Shown: in pieces, positions 41,539 through 53,931 of the stretch
Layout of the letters: every line of letters begins with the position of its first letter
Numbering within the stretch: position 1 is the stretch's first letter
Source: Vicugna vicugna
Lineage: Eukaryota
Reading direction: 5' to 3'
DNA length: 64,000 bases
Assembly (NCBI GenBank): GCA_013265495.1
Contig: MU058650.1
Span: forward strand, 89,394 to 153,393
Notes under the pieces: generated by a model
The model's database searches: none
What the model saw: the letters and a program-made list of their open reading frames with translations, nothing else
What the model was told of the DNA's origin: nothing
Made by a program: the position numbers and the translations under genes

Positions 41539-42848
41539 CTGGGTCACCCCGGAGAAGTAAAGATTGAAAAGGGAGGAAGGGGAGCAGGGAGCCACCAGCA
41601 TGGGATTCAGCGTGAGGGGTCCGCCTGGCCCACCTGGGCCCCCAGGACCCTCGGGCCTTCCCAGGACTCCTGTCTATGACAACAACGCATTCTTGGAGTC
41701 TGGCTGTCCTGGACACCCAGGATTGCCAGGGTACCAGGGGCCTCCTAGAATGGAGGGTGACAGGATACCCTGGGATTCTGGGTCCCAAGGGAGAGAGCAT
41801 CTGGGGCCAGCCTGGCCCCCTGGGCCTCAGGGACCCCCTGGCATGGACTAGGAGGGACGCCAGGGGCCCCCAGGACCTCCTTCCTTCCAAGGCCTTTACA
41901 GGCAGACTTTCAGCGTTCTTGGGCCCCCCAGGCCTGCTCGGACCCCCAGGCCCCCCAAGGTCCATGGGCGCCTCCTCAGGGTGAGGGTCTGGGCCACGTA
42001 CCAGACTATGCTGGACAAGGTGCCGAGGTGCCAGAGGGCTGGCTTATCTTTGTGGCTGAGAGGGAGGAGCTGTACGTCCGGGTCCGGAACGGCTTCTGGA
42101 ATGTTCCACTGGGGGCCCGCACACCAGGCCCACGTGGGACGGACAAAGAGGTGGCCGCCTCGCAGCCCCCAGGGGTGCAGCGGCACGAGGGCAACCCTTA
42201 CCCCCGCCGGGAGCTCCCTCGAGCAACAAGGCGGCCCTGGTGGGCAGACGACAGCCTAGCCAAGCCCCCACGCCTGCCGGACCTCCAGCCCTACCCGGAG
42301 CCCCGCGCCATTGCTCCTATGTGCGCCTCCGGCCAGCACCCCCCACGGCTCGCCACCCCCGCACGCCCAGGACTTCCAGCCAGTGCTCCACCTGGTCGCG
42401 CTCAGCAGCCCGCAGCCGGGCGGCCAGCGCAGCACCCGCCTGGCCCCAGAAGAGCGTGTGGCATGGCTCGGACCTCAGCGGGCGCGGCTCACCAAGAGCT
42501 GCTGCGCGACGTGGCGGACTGAGGCCAGGACGGCCACCGGTCAGGCCTCCTCGCTGCTGGCGCCTTCGTCGTCCTCTGCACTGAGAACAGCTTCATGGCC
42601 TCGTCCAAGCAGGGCCTCTGCTGGCTCCGCGAATAGGATGGACAGATGGCCAGAGAGGAGGCCAGACGGCAGGTAAGGGGCGCGGAGATGCCGCCGGGGA
42701 GGGCAGGGCAGGGAGACTCGCCGGCGCCCCCAGGAAGGGACCTGGCTGGGACACTTCCCTGTATGGTTCACCTTTGATGTAATCCTCAAGAAACAAAAGG
42801 AAGCCAAAGGGTGCATTTTTAAGTTTAAAAAATAAACACCACCACCAC
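41539..42848 (+). pseudogene. COL18A1: Processed pseudogene of collagen type XVIII alpha 1 (C-terminal Gly-X-Y domains, NC1 trimerisation domain and hinge, partial endostatin, 3'UTR end); 5'-truncated, frameshifted, internally deleted
   Basis: Translations across frames give [116 protein letters not shown] and [17 protein letters not shown], all collagen XVIII motifs. No introns, several frameshifts and an in-frame TAG at ~41849. TSD aaacctacgcttc (41526-41538) / aaacccatgcttc (42849-42861) at a tttt/aaaa site. Confidence 0.95.
42100..42735. promoter_or_regulatory. CpG-island-like segment within the COL18A1 retrocopy
   Basis: About 50 CpG counted by eye in 42181-42730 in very GC-rich sequence, against an AT-rich CpG-poor background. 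Regulatory function is not shown. Confidence 0.5.
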
Positions 42849-45423
42849 AAACCCATGCTTCAATTTTGATACTGCTTTCTCCCCATGTGAACAAAGTAGT
42901 CAGTTATAAAGGAGAAGGGATGTGGAACTGTTTGAGGCCAGGAATCCTATTTATAAGGAGTATAAAGCAGTTCCTCAAGTAATTATTCTTGCATGGATGT
43001 GGGTCCTCTAAGCTCATCTTTGTGGTTTGAAGAGCCAGACTTAGCGGAACTCACTAGTGAATAGCATAGTCATGAATACTGTGTTCTTCTTGTCTTCAGT
43101 CTACCTCAAGAGTGGTCTCTCATTTTCAGTGAAAGTTCTGTAGTCATGAATATAACCATTTATAATGGTAGACTTGCGTGTCATTTTTAGGAAGGTTTGT
43201 GTGTGTGTTTAAAGTTCTATTATTATGATATGCATTAGTATTTTATTCAGTTAGTTGAGGGATGAGCTGTGTTTTATGAATCATCTTTGACAAACACACA
43301 CAGCTGTATTTACACAGTATTTACCCTAAACACTACACATTATGATTGAAATAAAATGAAGAAAGTTTTCATGTTATGATGCAAGGAGGAAATTAACACC
43401 TTCTAAACCATTTCCACCTGTCCAAAGCTGGTCAGAAATAATTTTATTTGGAGTCACTAAGTCAGTTATAGGTATAAATTCAAGTGGATAGTTCAGTTAT
43501 ATCTGTGTCTAGTTTGGTTAAATAGATCAGGAAAGATACAGATCATTCAGTAAGCATCATTTTGGAAATGTTAAGTTTTCCACTTATAATTTGATAATTT
43601 AAAATACTAATTTCATTTTAACTGGGAATCTGCATAAAAGATGGCTTTCTAGTTGTGCTGTTTCAGTTTCTTATACATTAAAATGCTTTTTTCCCCTTTA
43701 AAAACAGAGTCAATTATTAGGATGGACAAATTATATTGAGACAGGACACGAGAGTGAACTTGAGCAATGAGAGGCTTTTGTGACATCCTTGGAAATTACG
43801 TAGGTGTTGTGCTCATGCAAGGTCTCCGTGCCTTTCTGATTTTAAAGTAATATTTTTTTATAATGACAATGAGAAATAATATTCATAAAATACAAAAATC
43901 TAGAAAAATTTACAATAAAAATCTATAAAAATAATTAGCCATATGATATATGACCATCTTTGCATGCATTACTCTACTGAGATTGAATTATGCTTTGCCT
44001 GTAGCTCAAGGTAAACACATGATCAATTTGATAAACTCTAAGACAGTAAAAACCGTTGAAAATTTACCCAACTTAATGTCTAGTAAAGCATCAAGTACAG
44101 ATGAACAAGCATTCAGTGATTTTTTAAAAAAATTATAAATGGTGTCAGCACTACGTCTATCTCTTAAAAGAACGGTTTTTATTGCCTGGATTAAAAGCAA
44201 GTTCTCAATAAATGTTTTCTGAATAAAAATGTAATGTGCAAATTAAAAAGCTTCAGCAGAATGAAAATATTGAATTGCTGCATGAACAAACAGTAACACA
44301 GATATCTTCATCAGTGATTTGCAATTGCCTAGGCATACTAGCTAAAAAAAAGATCATCTCAAATTCTTCAATAAATAAAAATTCCCACAAAGACTGTTTT
44401 CCCAATATATATAGATTTAGAAAAGACATTTCACCTAAAGCACTGGCTACAATGCTTTTACTGTTAATATTGCAATATAGGGTTAAAGAAAAATTTTAAT
44501 CAGAAAGTATAAATATATATGTGTGCAGATATAAATGTTGCTTTTCAACATCTTAACATCAGGAACTCTATCTGGCTTAGCATTTTTCTCTTCTGCTGTC
44601 CAACAAAGAATCATACTATTTCCTGTCAGGGAACTGGCAGGTAGTGTTCAATTTCAGTTAATCAGGAATCAGGGTGCTTTAATTAATCTGGAATAATTTT
44701 GCGTTATTAAATATTCCAGTGGCACTTGGGACTTTCCCTTTAATGTCTTCAGAATGACTCAACATTATTTTTTGAACAGATTCCCACATATGTTTATCCT
44801 TTCAAATTGCACGTCCCTTGGTAGGGAAAGAACCCTTTTCCTCTGACCCGCCAAGCAGCCAGACCAAGAATCACAGTAGCATCTAAAATCAGTCCACTTA
44901 CACCTATCCACAGAAAAAAAATTGTTGTGGTCATAAGAATTTTCTTTGAGTAAGTGCTATAATGACCACATGAAATCAACTTTCCCATGATATCATGTTT
45001 CCATCTACTCTGGTTAATTAATGCTTATTGAGTAAGTAATGTTTTATACACTTGGACAGAGCACAAAAACTACTGAAAAATTGTTTCAGAAGCTTGCCTG
45101 TTGAAGCGTTTGGTCCATGTACATCACCTCTCTAAAAGATGAAGTCTGCAAAGATATTTTGATATTTTATGAACTTAGCTTAAAATAAATCCAATGTTTC
45201 ATGTAATATAGATCCTATGGAAAGGGCAATTTCTTACTTACTGTCTGGGAGTGATCATTCTAATTCTCTTAACCTGGCTAAGGATAGTTCTTTGGTGAAA
45301 GTAACATGTTGAGGAAAGTATTAAGTGAAACCAAATGGATTTTTATTAATGGAAGATGCAAGGTTATCCAAGCTGAGTGAGTGTGAAGTGGAGATTAGAT
45401 GGAGCCTAAAGTCAAAAAAAAAA

Positions 45424-45516
45424 GTATATATACGTAACATATACATACATACATAAAAATATATATGTAGATGTACAAAATATGTACATATATATATATA
45501 CACACACACACATACA
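45424..45516. repeat. Degenerate (TA)n/(CA)n simple repeat
   Basis: Read directly from the sequence. Confidence 0.8.
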
Positions 45517-46114
45517 TTAGAACTTTAAAAGAGGCTTGCTCTACTTAAGAAGATCATAGATCATAGTGCTTACTAGTTTACTACGATGTGTGGCCTCTAC
45601 ATTTGATTGTTGAAAGCCCTACTATATTCTGTGTTGAGGACAGTGTTAGGCATATAATAAGTGCCCAATTAATATGTGTTCAGTGCTAGACTTAACGGAG
45701 GCCAGGAGGTAGCCCTGCCCAGACGCTTCCTCTAGGACTAGTGGCTCAATATAAGAATGCAGAAATTAAGAGAGTCAGGACCCAGAGTTGGGGCAGCTGG
45801 TCTAGCGTAGACATGGCATTGATGAGGTAAATTTGTTTCCTGCATTTTATCTCTATATGTTGTTACAATCAAATTTTTTTCACTGCACATGATCCGTAAA
45901 TATTCTTTCTCTCACAGTGCATGAATCAGAGATTTAATGTTGGAATTAAAAGGATAGTATACCTTGAAAAAAGAAATAACTTGAGTTTGGGGAAAAAAGG
46001 AACAAAATACAGGTGAAAAATGACCTGCACCTGAGTAAAGAAGTAAATTACAAATTCTATTTCTAAATTACCCTCAGTCCTTTTCAGGATATGACCAGAA
46101 ATGAATCTGTAGAG

Positions 46115-46302
46115 GAAAACTGTCCAATAGAATTTTCTTTGATGATAAATCTATTCTATAATCCTCACTGTTCAGGACAGTAGCCATTAATTGTATTTAC
46201 CTATTGATCACTTGAAATGTAGCAGCTGAAGAAGTGAATTTTCAATTTTGTTTAATCTTAATTTGAGCCTAAATGGCCACATATGGCTACTGGACAGGGC
46301 AG
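46115..46302. mobile_element. MER3-like hAT-Charlie DNA transposon
   Basis: ctgtccaatagaattttctttgatgat...cacttgaaatgtagc...aaatggccacatatggctactggacag; ends ctgtcca/tggacag are inverted. Confidence 0.75.
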
Positions 46303-47029
46303 ATCTAGATTTATGTTGTCTACAGTTGGGTGTTTACTGCTGGATTGGAAGAGAGGAGGCCAATGACATCAGAAGTACTTTCTGCTCCTTGGTACCAGAG
46401 CCAAAGAAGCCTGGTGCTGAGAGGTACTGCAATTCACATCTCTTAGAGGAGATGCTTTTTTTTTGATAGGAAAGTTCTGTTTCTTTTACAAGAGGAAAGC
46501 AAAAATCAATCTTTTCCTTATCACATAGTAGCAGGTCATTATAGAGGACTTAAAGGATATAATAAATCAAAGGTTCCCAGAAATGCTTTTAGTAAGAGAA
46601 AACAATGAGGGTTTGTGATGTTTCAGATGAACAGGGAAAGTTTGTTTCCAGGTGTCAAAAATAGCAGTTGGATTTGCAGCCTTACCTCTGACCTTCAGAT
46701 CTGATAAGCAAGATAAGAGGAGCTTATTTTCAAACCTCAGAGCTGTCAAGTCAGGGTCAGATGAAGAATTACATTCCTCTCTGATAAAGAATAAAGTGTC
46801 TGCAGAACAAAGGGCCAGTTCTATCAGATCACACACAGAGAATTAGGTGGGAAGAATTTCAAACAGCAATCTGAGAGAGGATAGGATAGGAGAACAAGCA
46901 AGGGAAAAATGAGCAAGAGCTGGTTTGTGTTTGTGCATAAGAAGTAAGAAATAAAATGGAAATCATTGTGTTTTTATGTAGAATGTGTGCCCAAGAAATG
47001 TGGATTCTCATAGACTGTGCTGGTGAAAT

Positions 47030-47475
47030 GGGAATATAAGTATCCTTTCTGCAGAGAAATTTGACAGGAATTGTCCAAGAAACATTCAGTGTATACATTT
47101 TGACCCAGCAACTTCATTTTTAGAAAGATAGTATAAGCAATAATCGTAACTATGCAATGATACAGCTAAAGGCAGTTCAGTGCAGCCCTGGTTATTGCAG
47201 CATTGATGATAATGGAGAAAAATTATAATTGAATGTCTATCAATAGAAGGTTGGTTAATTATGGTACGTCTATACAAAGGAGCATTATTCATTCATTAAC
47301 AAAAAACCTGTTGGTAGATGCCTATAAAAGAATGAAAGCTTGTACGTTCACAAGTACTGTTTTTCTTCTTGTACAACTGCATTTTAAAAGTATTCTTCCA
47401 CACATTTTTTCAAATTTTCTTAAATATTTTTATAAAATATTTTAAAACACAGTAATTTTACAATAAAAATAAAGG
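47030..47475 (+). mobile_element. Old L1 (L1ME-like) 3' fragment
   Basis: tttgacccagcaacttcatttttag, aatgtctatcaatagaaggttggttaattatggtac, tttacaataaaaataaa. Confidence 0.6.
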
Positions 47476-48597
47476 GTTTTTTTTTTTTCAAAATGATCAT
47501 GATGTGTTTTGTCTTACCAAATCGGTTTTTAGCTCTTCTGTGAATTTCCTTCTGTCTTGCTTGTCAAGGACATCCACTGTATATGTAAACAAATGGAGAT
47601 TATACTGTACAAAAAAATAACCCTCTCTGGCACCTCTAGAAAGCTCTGCTGCTAGATCCAGTAGGACAGACTATACAAGCAGTCACTAAAAACTGCAGTT
47701 AATGTGTAGACTATTTTATCCACTAATGGTTTTGATTTGCCTCATGAGATTTACGTTCCTGCCCACTCAACAACTTTAATAATCAGGGAACTACTTTACA
47801 GCTACTATCCTACAATTACTCGGTGCTGTCTCACCTTTCTCCTTGGAGAGAGCTGGCTCCCTAATTGGATGACTAGAGGAAACTGTCCCTAGAGTGCATG
47901 TCCGTTTCTCCATTCTGGTCACTGAAAATTTGCAATGGATTTTCCAGAGAGTATGAAGTCAGGGTGTTGTACACCCACTGCCTCTGTCTCTGCAATTCCA
48001 TTTCTGAGGATAAAGACTTTCACTTCTCCATTATTTCTAACAATACTAAAGTAACAGCAAAAGGGAAAGAGCAACAAAAGCAGAGTCAAAAAAAGAAAAA
48101 AAAAAAAGAAAAGAAATCCAACCTGTATTGTAGAGGTAAGGATCATGGGAAAGATTAGAAGCAGACGTTTGGATTCCTCCAATTTCCTTTGATTCCTCCT
48201 ATTGAAAACCACAGCCAGTTTCCCAATCTGCTACCCTCACCTTGGCTGGGAGCAAGCGGTAGGGATCCCAGGTCTATTTTTTGATACTATTTGTTGATAT
48301 TCCCCATTAACCTGAACATCGTCATCATCATAATCATCACTATAGTTACGGTTTATTAAGAATATGCTATATAAGCCAAGGCCTTTCCATTTCTTGTGCC
48401 ATTCAGTTCTTGTAGGAACTATGCAAGACAGTAACTATGTCTGCGTTTTGTGGACTTATGTGAAGTGCAGATTATTTGTGTTATTCAAGATCATAGTTGC
48501 AGAGCACATAGCAGGTTCTTGCAAATGACTTATTCAAAAAGGAAAAAAAGTGGAAGAACCAGGAGGCTCTTTGAGTCCCAAGGCCTATTTACTTTTT

Positions 48598-51362
48598 CTT
48601 AAATGAAGTGTAATCGATTTACAATGTTGTATTAGTTGTGGTACACAGCATAGTGATTCAGTCTTCCACATCTACATATATATTCTTTCTCATATTCTTA
48701 TTCATTATATGTTATTATAAGATATAGAATATGGTTTCATGTGCTATACAGTAAGATCTTGTGGTTTATTTATTTTACATACAGTAGTATGTGCAAATCC
48801 TGAACTCCCAATTTATCCCTCCCCCTTGGAGACCATGAGTTTGTTTTCTGTCTGTGAGTTTGTTTTTTGTAAATAAGTTCATTTGTGTCATTTTTCTTGG
48901 ATTCCACATTTAAGTGATATCATATGGCATTTTGCTTTTTTTTCTGGTTAACTTCACTTAGAATGACAACCTCCAGGTCCATCCATGTGGCTGCAAATGG
49001 CATTATTTCATTCTTTTTCTGGATGCGTAATATTCCATTGTATACATATATACCATGACATCTTTATCAAATCATTTGTCCATGGACATTTAGATTGCTT
49101 CCATGTTTTGGCTATTGTAAATAGCGCTGATATGAACATTGGGGTGCACGTGTTTTTTTGAATTATAGTTTTCTCTGGATATATGCCCAGGAGAGAAATT
49201 GCTGAATCATGTGGTAAGTCTATTTTTAGATTTGAAAGGACTCCCCATACTGTTTTCCATAGTGGTTGCACCAAATTACATTCCCACCAACAGTGTAGGA
49301 GGGTTTCTTCTCCTCTACACGCTGTCCAGCATTTATTTTTTGTGGACTTTTAATGATGGCCACTCTGAGGGGTGTTAAGTGATACCTCATTGTAGTTTTG
49401 ATTTGCATTTCTCTGGTAATTAGCAATATGGAGCATTTTTTCATGTGTCTGTTGGCTATCAGTATGTCTTCATTGGATAAATGTCTATTTTAGGTCTTCT
49501 GCCCACTTTTTGATTGGGTTGTTTGTTTGTTTTTGTTTTTGTTTTTTGTTACTGAGTTGTATGAACTATTTGTATATTCTGAAAATTAAGCCCTTGTCAG
49601 CTGCATCATTTGCACATAATTTCTCCCATTTTGTAGGCTGTCTTTTCATTTTGTTTACAGTTTCCTTTGCTGTGCAAAAGCTTATGAGTTTAGTTAGGTA
49701 CGATTTGTTCACTTTTGCTTTTATTTCTATTGCCTTGGTAGACTGACTTAGGAGAACATTGCTAAGATTTATGTCAGAGGATGTTTTGTCTGTTTTCTTC
49801 TAGGAGGTTTATGCTGTCTTGTCTTATGTCTTTAAGCCATTTTGAGTTTATTTTTGTGTAGATGTGAGGGAGTGTGCTCACTTCGTTGATTTACATGCAG
49901 CTGTCCAGTTTTCCAAACACCACTTGCTGAATAGACTGTCTTTTCTCCATTGTATGTTCTTTCCTTCTATGTTCAAGATTGACTGCAGGTGTGTGAGTTT
50001 ATTTCTGGGCCCTTTATTCTGTTCCATTGATGTATATGTCTTTTCTGCACCAATACCATGCAGTTTTGATTATTGTAGCTTTGTAATATTGTCTGATTCC
50101 TGGGAGGGTTATTCCTCCATCTACACTCTTTTCCTGTATTACTGATTTGGCAATTCTGGGTCTTTTGTGATTCCATATAAATTTTAGGATTATGTTCTAG
50201 TTCTGTGAAAAATGTCCTGGGTAATTTGCTAGAGATCACATTAAATCTGTAGACTGGTTTGGGTAGTATGGTCATATTAACCATATTATTACTTCCAATC
50301 CAACAGCATAGGATATTTTTTCATTTTTTAAACATTTTTTTATTGAGTTCTAGTCAGTTTACAATGTTGTGTGAAATTCCAGTGTAGAGCACAGTTTTAC
50401 AATTATACATAAACATCCATATATTCATTGTCATGTTTTTTTCACTGTGAGCTACCACAAGATATTGTATATATTTCTCTGTGCTATACAGTATAATCTT
50501 GTTTATCTATTCTTTATATACCTGTCAGTATCTACAAATTTTGAAATCCCAGTCTGTCTCTTCCCACCTCCCACCCCCTTGGCAACCATAAGTTTGTATT
50601 CTATATCTATGAGTCTGCTTCTGTCTTGTATTTATGTTCATTTAAATTTTTTTTTTTTAGATTCCACATATGAGAGATCTCATATGGTATTTTTCTTTCT
50701 CTTTCTGGCTTACTTAACTTAGAATGACATTCTCCAGGGACATCCATGTTGCTGCAAATGGCATTATGTTGTCATTTTTATGGCTGAATAGTATTTCATT
50801 GTATAAATATACCACAAATTCTTTATCCATTCATCTATTGATGGACACTTAGGCTGTTTCCATGTCCTGGCTATTGTAAACAGTGCTGCTATGAACATTG
50901 GGGTGCAGGTGTCTTTTTGACGTAGGGTTCCTCCTGGATATATGCCCAGGAGCAGGATTCCTTGGTCTTATGGTAAGTCTATTCCTAGTCTTTTGAGGAA
51001 TCTCCATACTATTTTCCACAGTGGCTGCACCACACTGCATTCCCACCAGCAGTGTAGGAGGGTTCCCTTTTCTCCACAGCCTCTCCAGCATTTGTCATCT
51101 GTGGGCCTTTGAATGATGGCCATTCTGGCTGATGTGAGATGATACCTCATCATAGTTTTGAATTGCATTTCTCTGATAATTAGTGGTATGGAGCATTTTT
51201 TTCATGTGCCTATTGATCATTTGTATTTTTTCCTTGGAGAATTGCTTGTTTAGGTCTTCTGCCCATTTTTGGATTGGCTTGTTTGTTTTTTTTCTTGTTA
51301 TGCCATATGAGCTGCTTAAATCATCTTTAATTTTCTTTATCAATGTTTTATAATTCCCCTTG
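48598..51362 (-). mobile_element. 5'-truncated LINE-1 with target-site duplication, containing a second L1
   Basis: 3'UTR from 48598, then ORF2 C-terminal region (ORF track [28 protein letters not shown]). Host resumes at ~51319 (aatcatctttaattttctttatcaatg). TSD ccaaggcctatttacttttt (48578-48597) / ccaaagcctatgtaattttt (51363-51382), 17/20. Confidence 0.92.
50323..51318 (-). mobile_element. Younger 5'-truncated LINE-1 nested in the same orientation
   Basis: Second T-tail and 3'UTR (aaacatttttttattgagttctagtcagtttac...gagctaccacaagatattgtatat) plus ORF2 end ([19 protein letters not shown] zinc-knuckle region). Confidence 0.92.
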
Positions 51363-53070
51363 CCAAAGCCTATGTAATTTTTATTCACTACATCCTATTC
51401 CTTCCCAGAAAGACAATTTAGATGAATTATATCTATAGAATATGTTGCTGCATCCTCCTGAGCTATCTACTACTAAATAGGTTTTTTCAGAGATGGCTGA
51501 GCTGCTTCATGAGTAGTGTTCATACTTCCTATGTCAGGAGGAAAAGAAGTGCTCAAAAAGATGGAATAATCTCTACTGGGGTGAGCTTTCTGTTGGTAAA
51601 CCTTAGGGATTAGTTGTCCTCTCTCTGAGAGCAAAACACAGCAAGCAGCCCTGCTAAGCATTTTAGGACCTTACTGATGGGAGTGAGGAGTAGCAACACA
51701 GCAGCCCAGTGTTTCAGACCAAGAACACTCAGAGTAACAGCAAGGATGAGGTAGAAGTACCGAGACATGGCAGAGGCCAAGACACATTTGAGAAAGAGAA
51801 GGAATGGTTGTGGGAAAACAAATTTAGCTAGGCTCAGCTGAATTTCAGAGGCAAATGCCCAGAGGCAAGGGGCGTCTTTGATACCAACATGTGATTAGCT
51901 GGATTTATCATTTTTTTAATTCAATTTACTTACACAAAAAACCAAAATAACAAAAGTAGTTCACAGATTTCCAGTCAATATGTCAGAGTAGTAAGACCAT
52001 GAGCTTGCCTCCCCTCTCCCTAGCACAACAAAACCACAACTCACTGCTAAACAACCATTGATAAAACAAGATTGGAACCTACCAAAAAAGATCTTCTTCA
52101 ACTGGAAACATAAAGAGGGAACCACAGTGGGACAGTAGGAGACACACACTTGTAATATCAGGTCCCATATGCCCCAGGTAGATGACCCACAAGCTGAAGG
52201 AAAATTATATTGCAGAAGCCCCCCCACAGGAGTGAGAGTTCTGAGCTGCCATCAGGCTCCCCAGCCTGGGGTTCCAGCATCATGAGGAGCGGGCCTGAGA
52301 ACATTTGATTTTGAAGACCAGCAGGGCTTAATTGCAGGAGTGCCAAGGGACTGGAGGAAACAGATTTGATTCTCTTGGGAAGTGCACACAGAATCTTGCA
52401 TACACCAGGGCCAAGAGCAGAGGCAATGATTTCATAGGAATCCAGGCCAGACCTGCCTGCTGGTTTTGGAAGGTCTCCTGGGGAAGGGGGGAGGCACAGC
52501 TGTGGTTCACACTGGGGGCATAAAATCTGGTGGCAGACTTTTGGGTAGTATTCATCTACATGAGATTTACTGAAGGTGACAACTGGCTTGGGTCATTAGC
52601 ACCAAGACCTGGGCCTATCAAAGAGCCTGTAGACTTAAGTGCCGTGAGGCCTCAGGCCAAAAAAATTCTAAGTGGGAACACAGTCCACACGTCCGCAGAC
52701 TCCTTGAGCACACAGCCACCTCTAGACATGCCTCTGGACACGGTCCTGCCCACTGAAGGGCCAGGACCCAGGTCCACCCACCAGTGGGCAGGCACTGACT
52801 CCTCCTGCCAGGAAACCTGCACAAACCTTTAGTCAGGCCTCACCCACCAGGTGGCAGACACCGGAAGTAAGAAAACAACAATCCCACAGCCTGTGAAAGG
52901 AGTCCACAAACAAGCCAGACACGACCCTAGGATCAGCTGGGCCTTGGTCCTTGGGAGATGAGAGGGGTTGCACTGTTGGGACACATAGGACATCCCATAC
53001 AGATGGCCACTCTGCAAGGTTGAGAAAGGTATGTTACCTACATAAAAATACAAATATAAATTTAGACAAA

Positions 53071-53931
53071 ATGAGGTGGCAGAGGAATATGTTCCACATA
53101 AAATCCCAGAAGAAGAAGTAAGTGATGAGGAGATAGACAAACTACTCAAGAACAAGTTCAGAGTAATGATTGTAAAGATGATCAGAGAACTTGGGAGAGT
53201 AGATACATAGAGCAAATTTTTTTTTATCAAAGAGAAAATATAAAGAATTACCAAACAGAGCTGAAGAACACAATTATTGAAATCAAAATACACTAGAAGA
53301 AATCAGGATTACACCAAATGAGGCAGAAAAACGGATCAGTGAGCTAGAAGAGAGTGTAGTGGAAACCACTACTGAAGAACAGAAAAAAGAAAAAAAAATG
53401 AGGATAGTTTAAGAAACCTCTAGGACAACATAAAATAACTAATATTTGCATTATAGTGGTCCCAGAAAGAGAAAAAGGAGAAAGGACCTGAGAAAATATT
53501 TGAAGGGTTAATAGCTGAAAGTTTCCTTCACTTGGGAAAGGAAACGGTCAACGCAAGTCCAGGAAGCACAGAGAGTTTCATACAGTATTAACACAAAGAG
53601 GAACATGCCAAGGCACAGAGTAGTCAAATTGACAAAAATTAAAGATAAGGAGAACATATTAAAGGCAGTAAGAGAAAAGCAACAAATAATATACAAGGAA
53701 ACTCCCATAAGGTTGTCAGCTGATTTTTCAGCAGAAATTCTGCACATCTGAAGGGAGTGACATGATATATTTAAAGTGATGAAAGGGAAGATTCTGCAAC
53801 CAAGAATACTCTACCCAGCTAAGCAATCCCTTAGATTTGATGGACAAATCACAAGATTTTTGATAAGCAAAAGTAAAATAATTCAGCACTGCCAAATCAG
53901 CTTTACAACAAATGTAAAAGAATTTCTCTAG
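53071..53931 (+). pseudogene. L1 ORF1p remnant (stops and frameshifts)
   Basis: Starts atgaggtggcagaggaatatgttc (MRWQRNMF); contains YKETPIRLSADFSAEIL and LQPRILYPA motifs; ends at TAG 53929-53931. Confidence 0.85.

Noticed and set aside
41480..41965. 161-aa minus-strand Gly/Pro-rich ORF
   Set aside because: Antisense shadow of GC-rich collagen codons.
42028..42522. 164-aa ORF with collagen XVIII NC1 sequence as a functional CDS or retrogene
   Set aside because: Non-ATG start, frameshift out of homology after PDLQPYP, and the endostatin core is deleted; treated as pseudogene.
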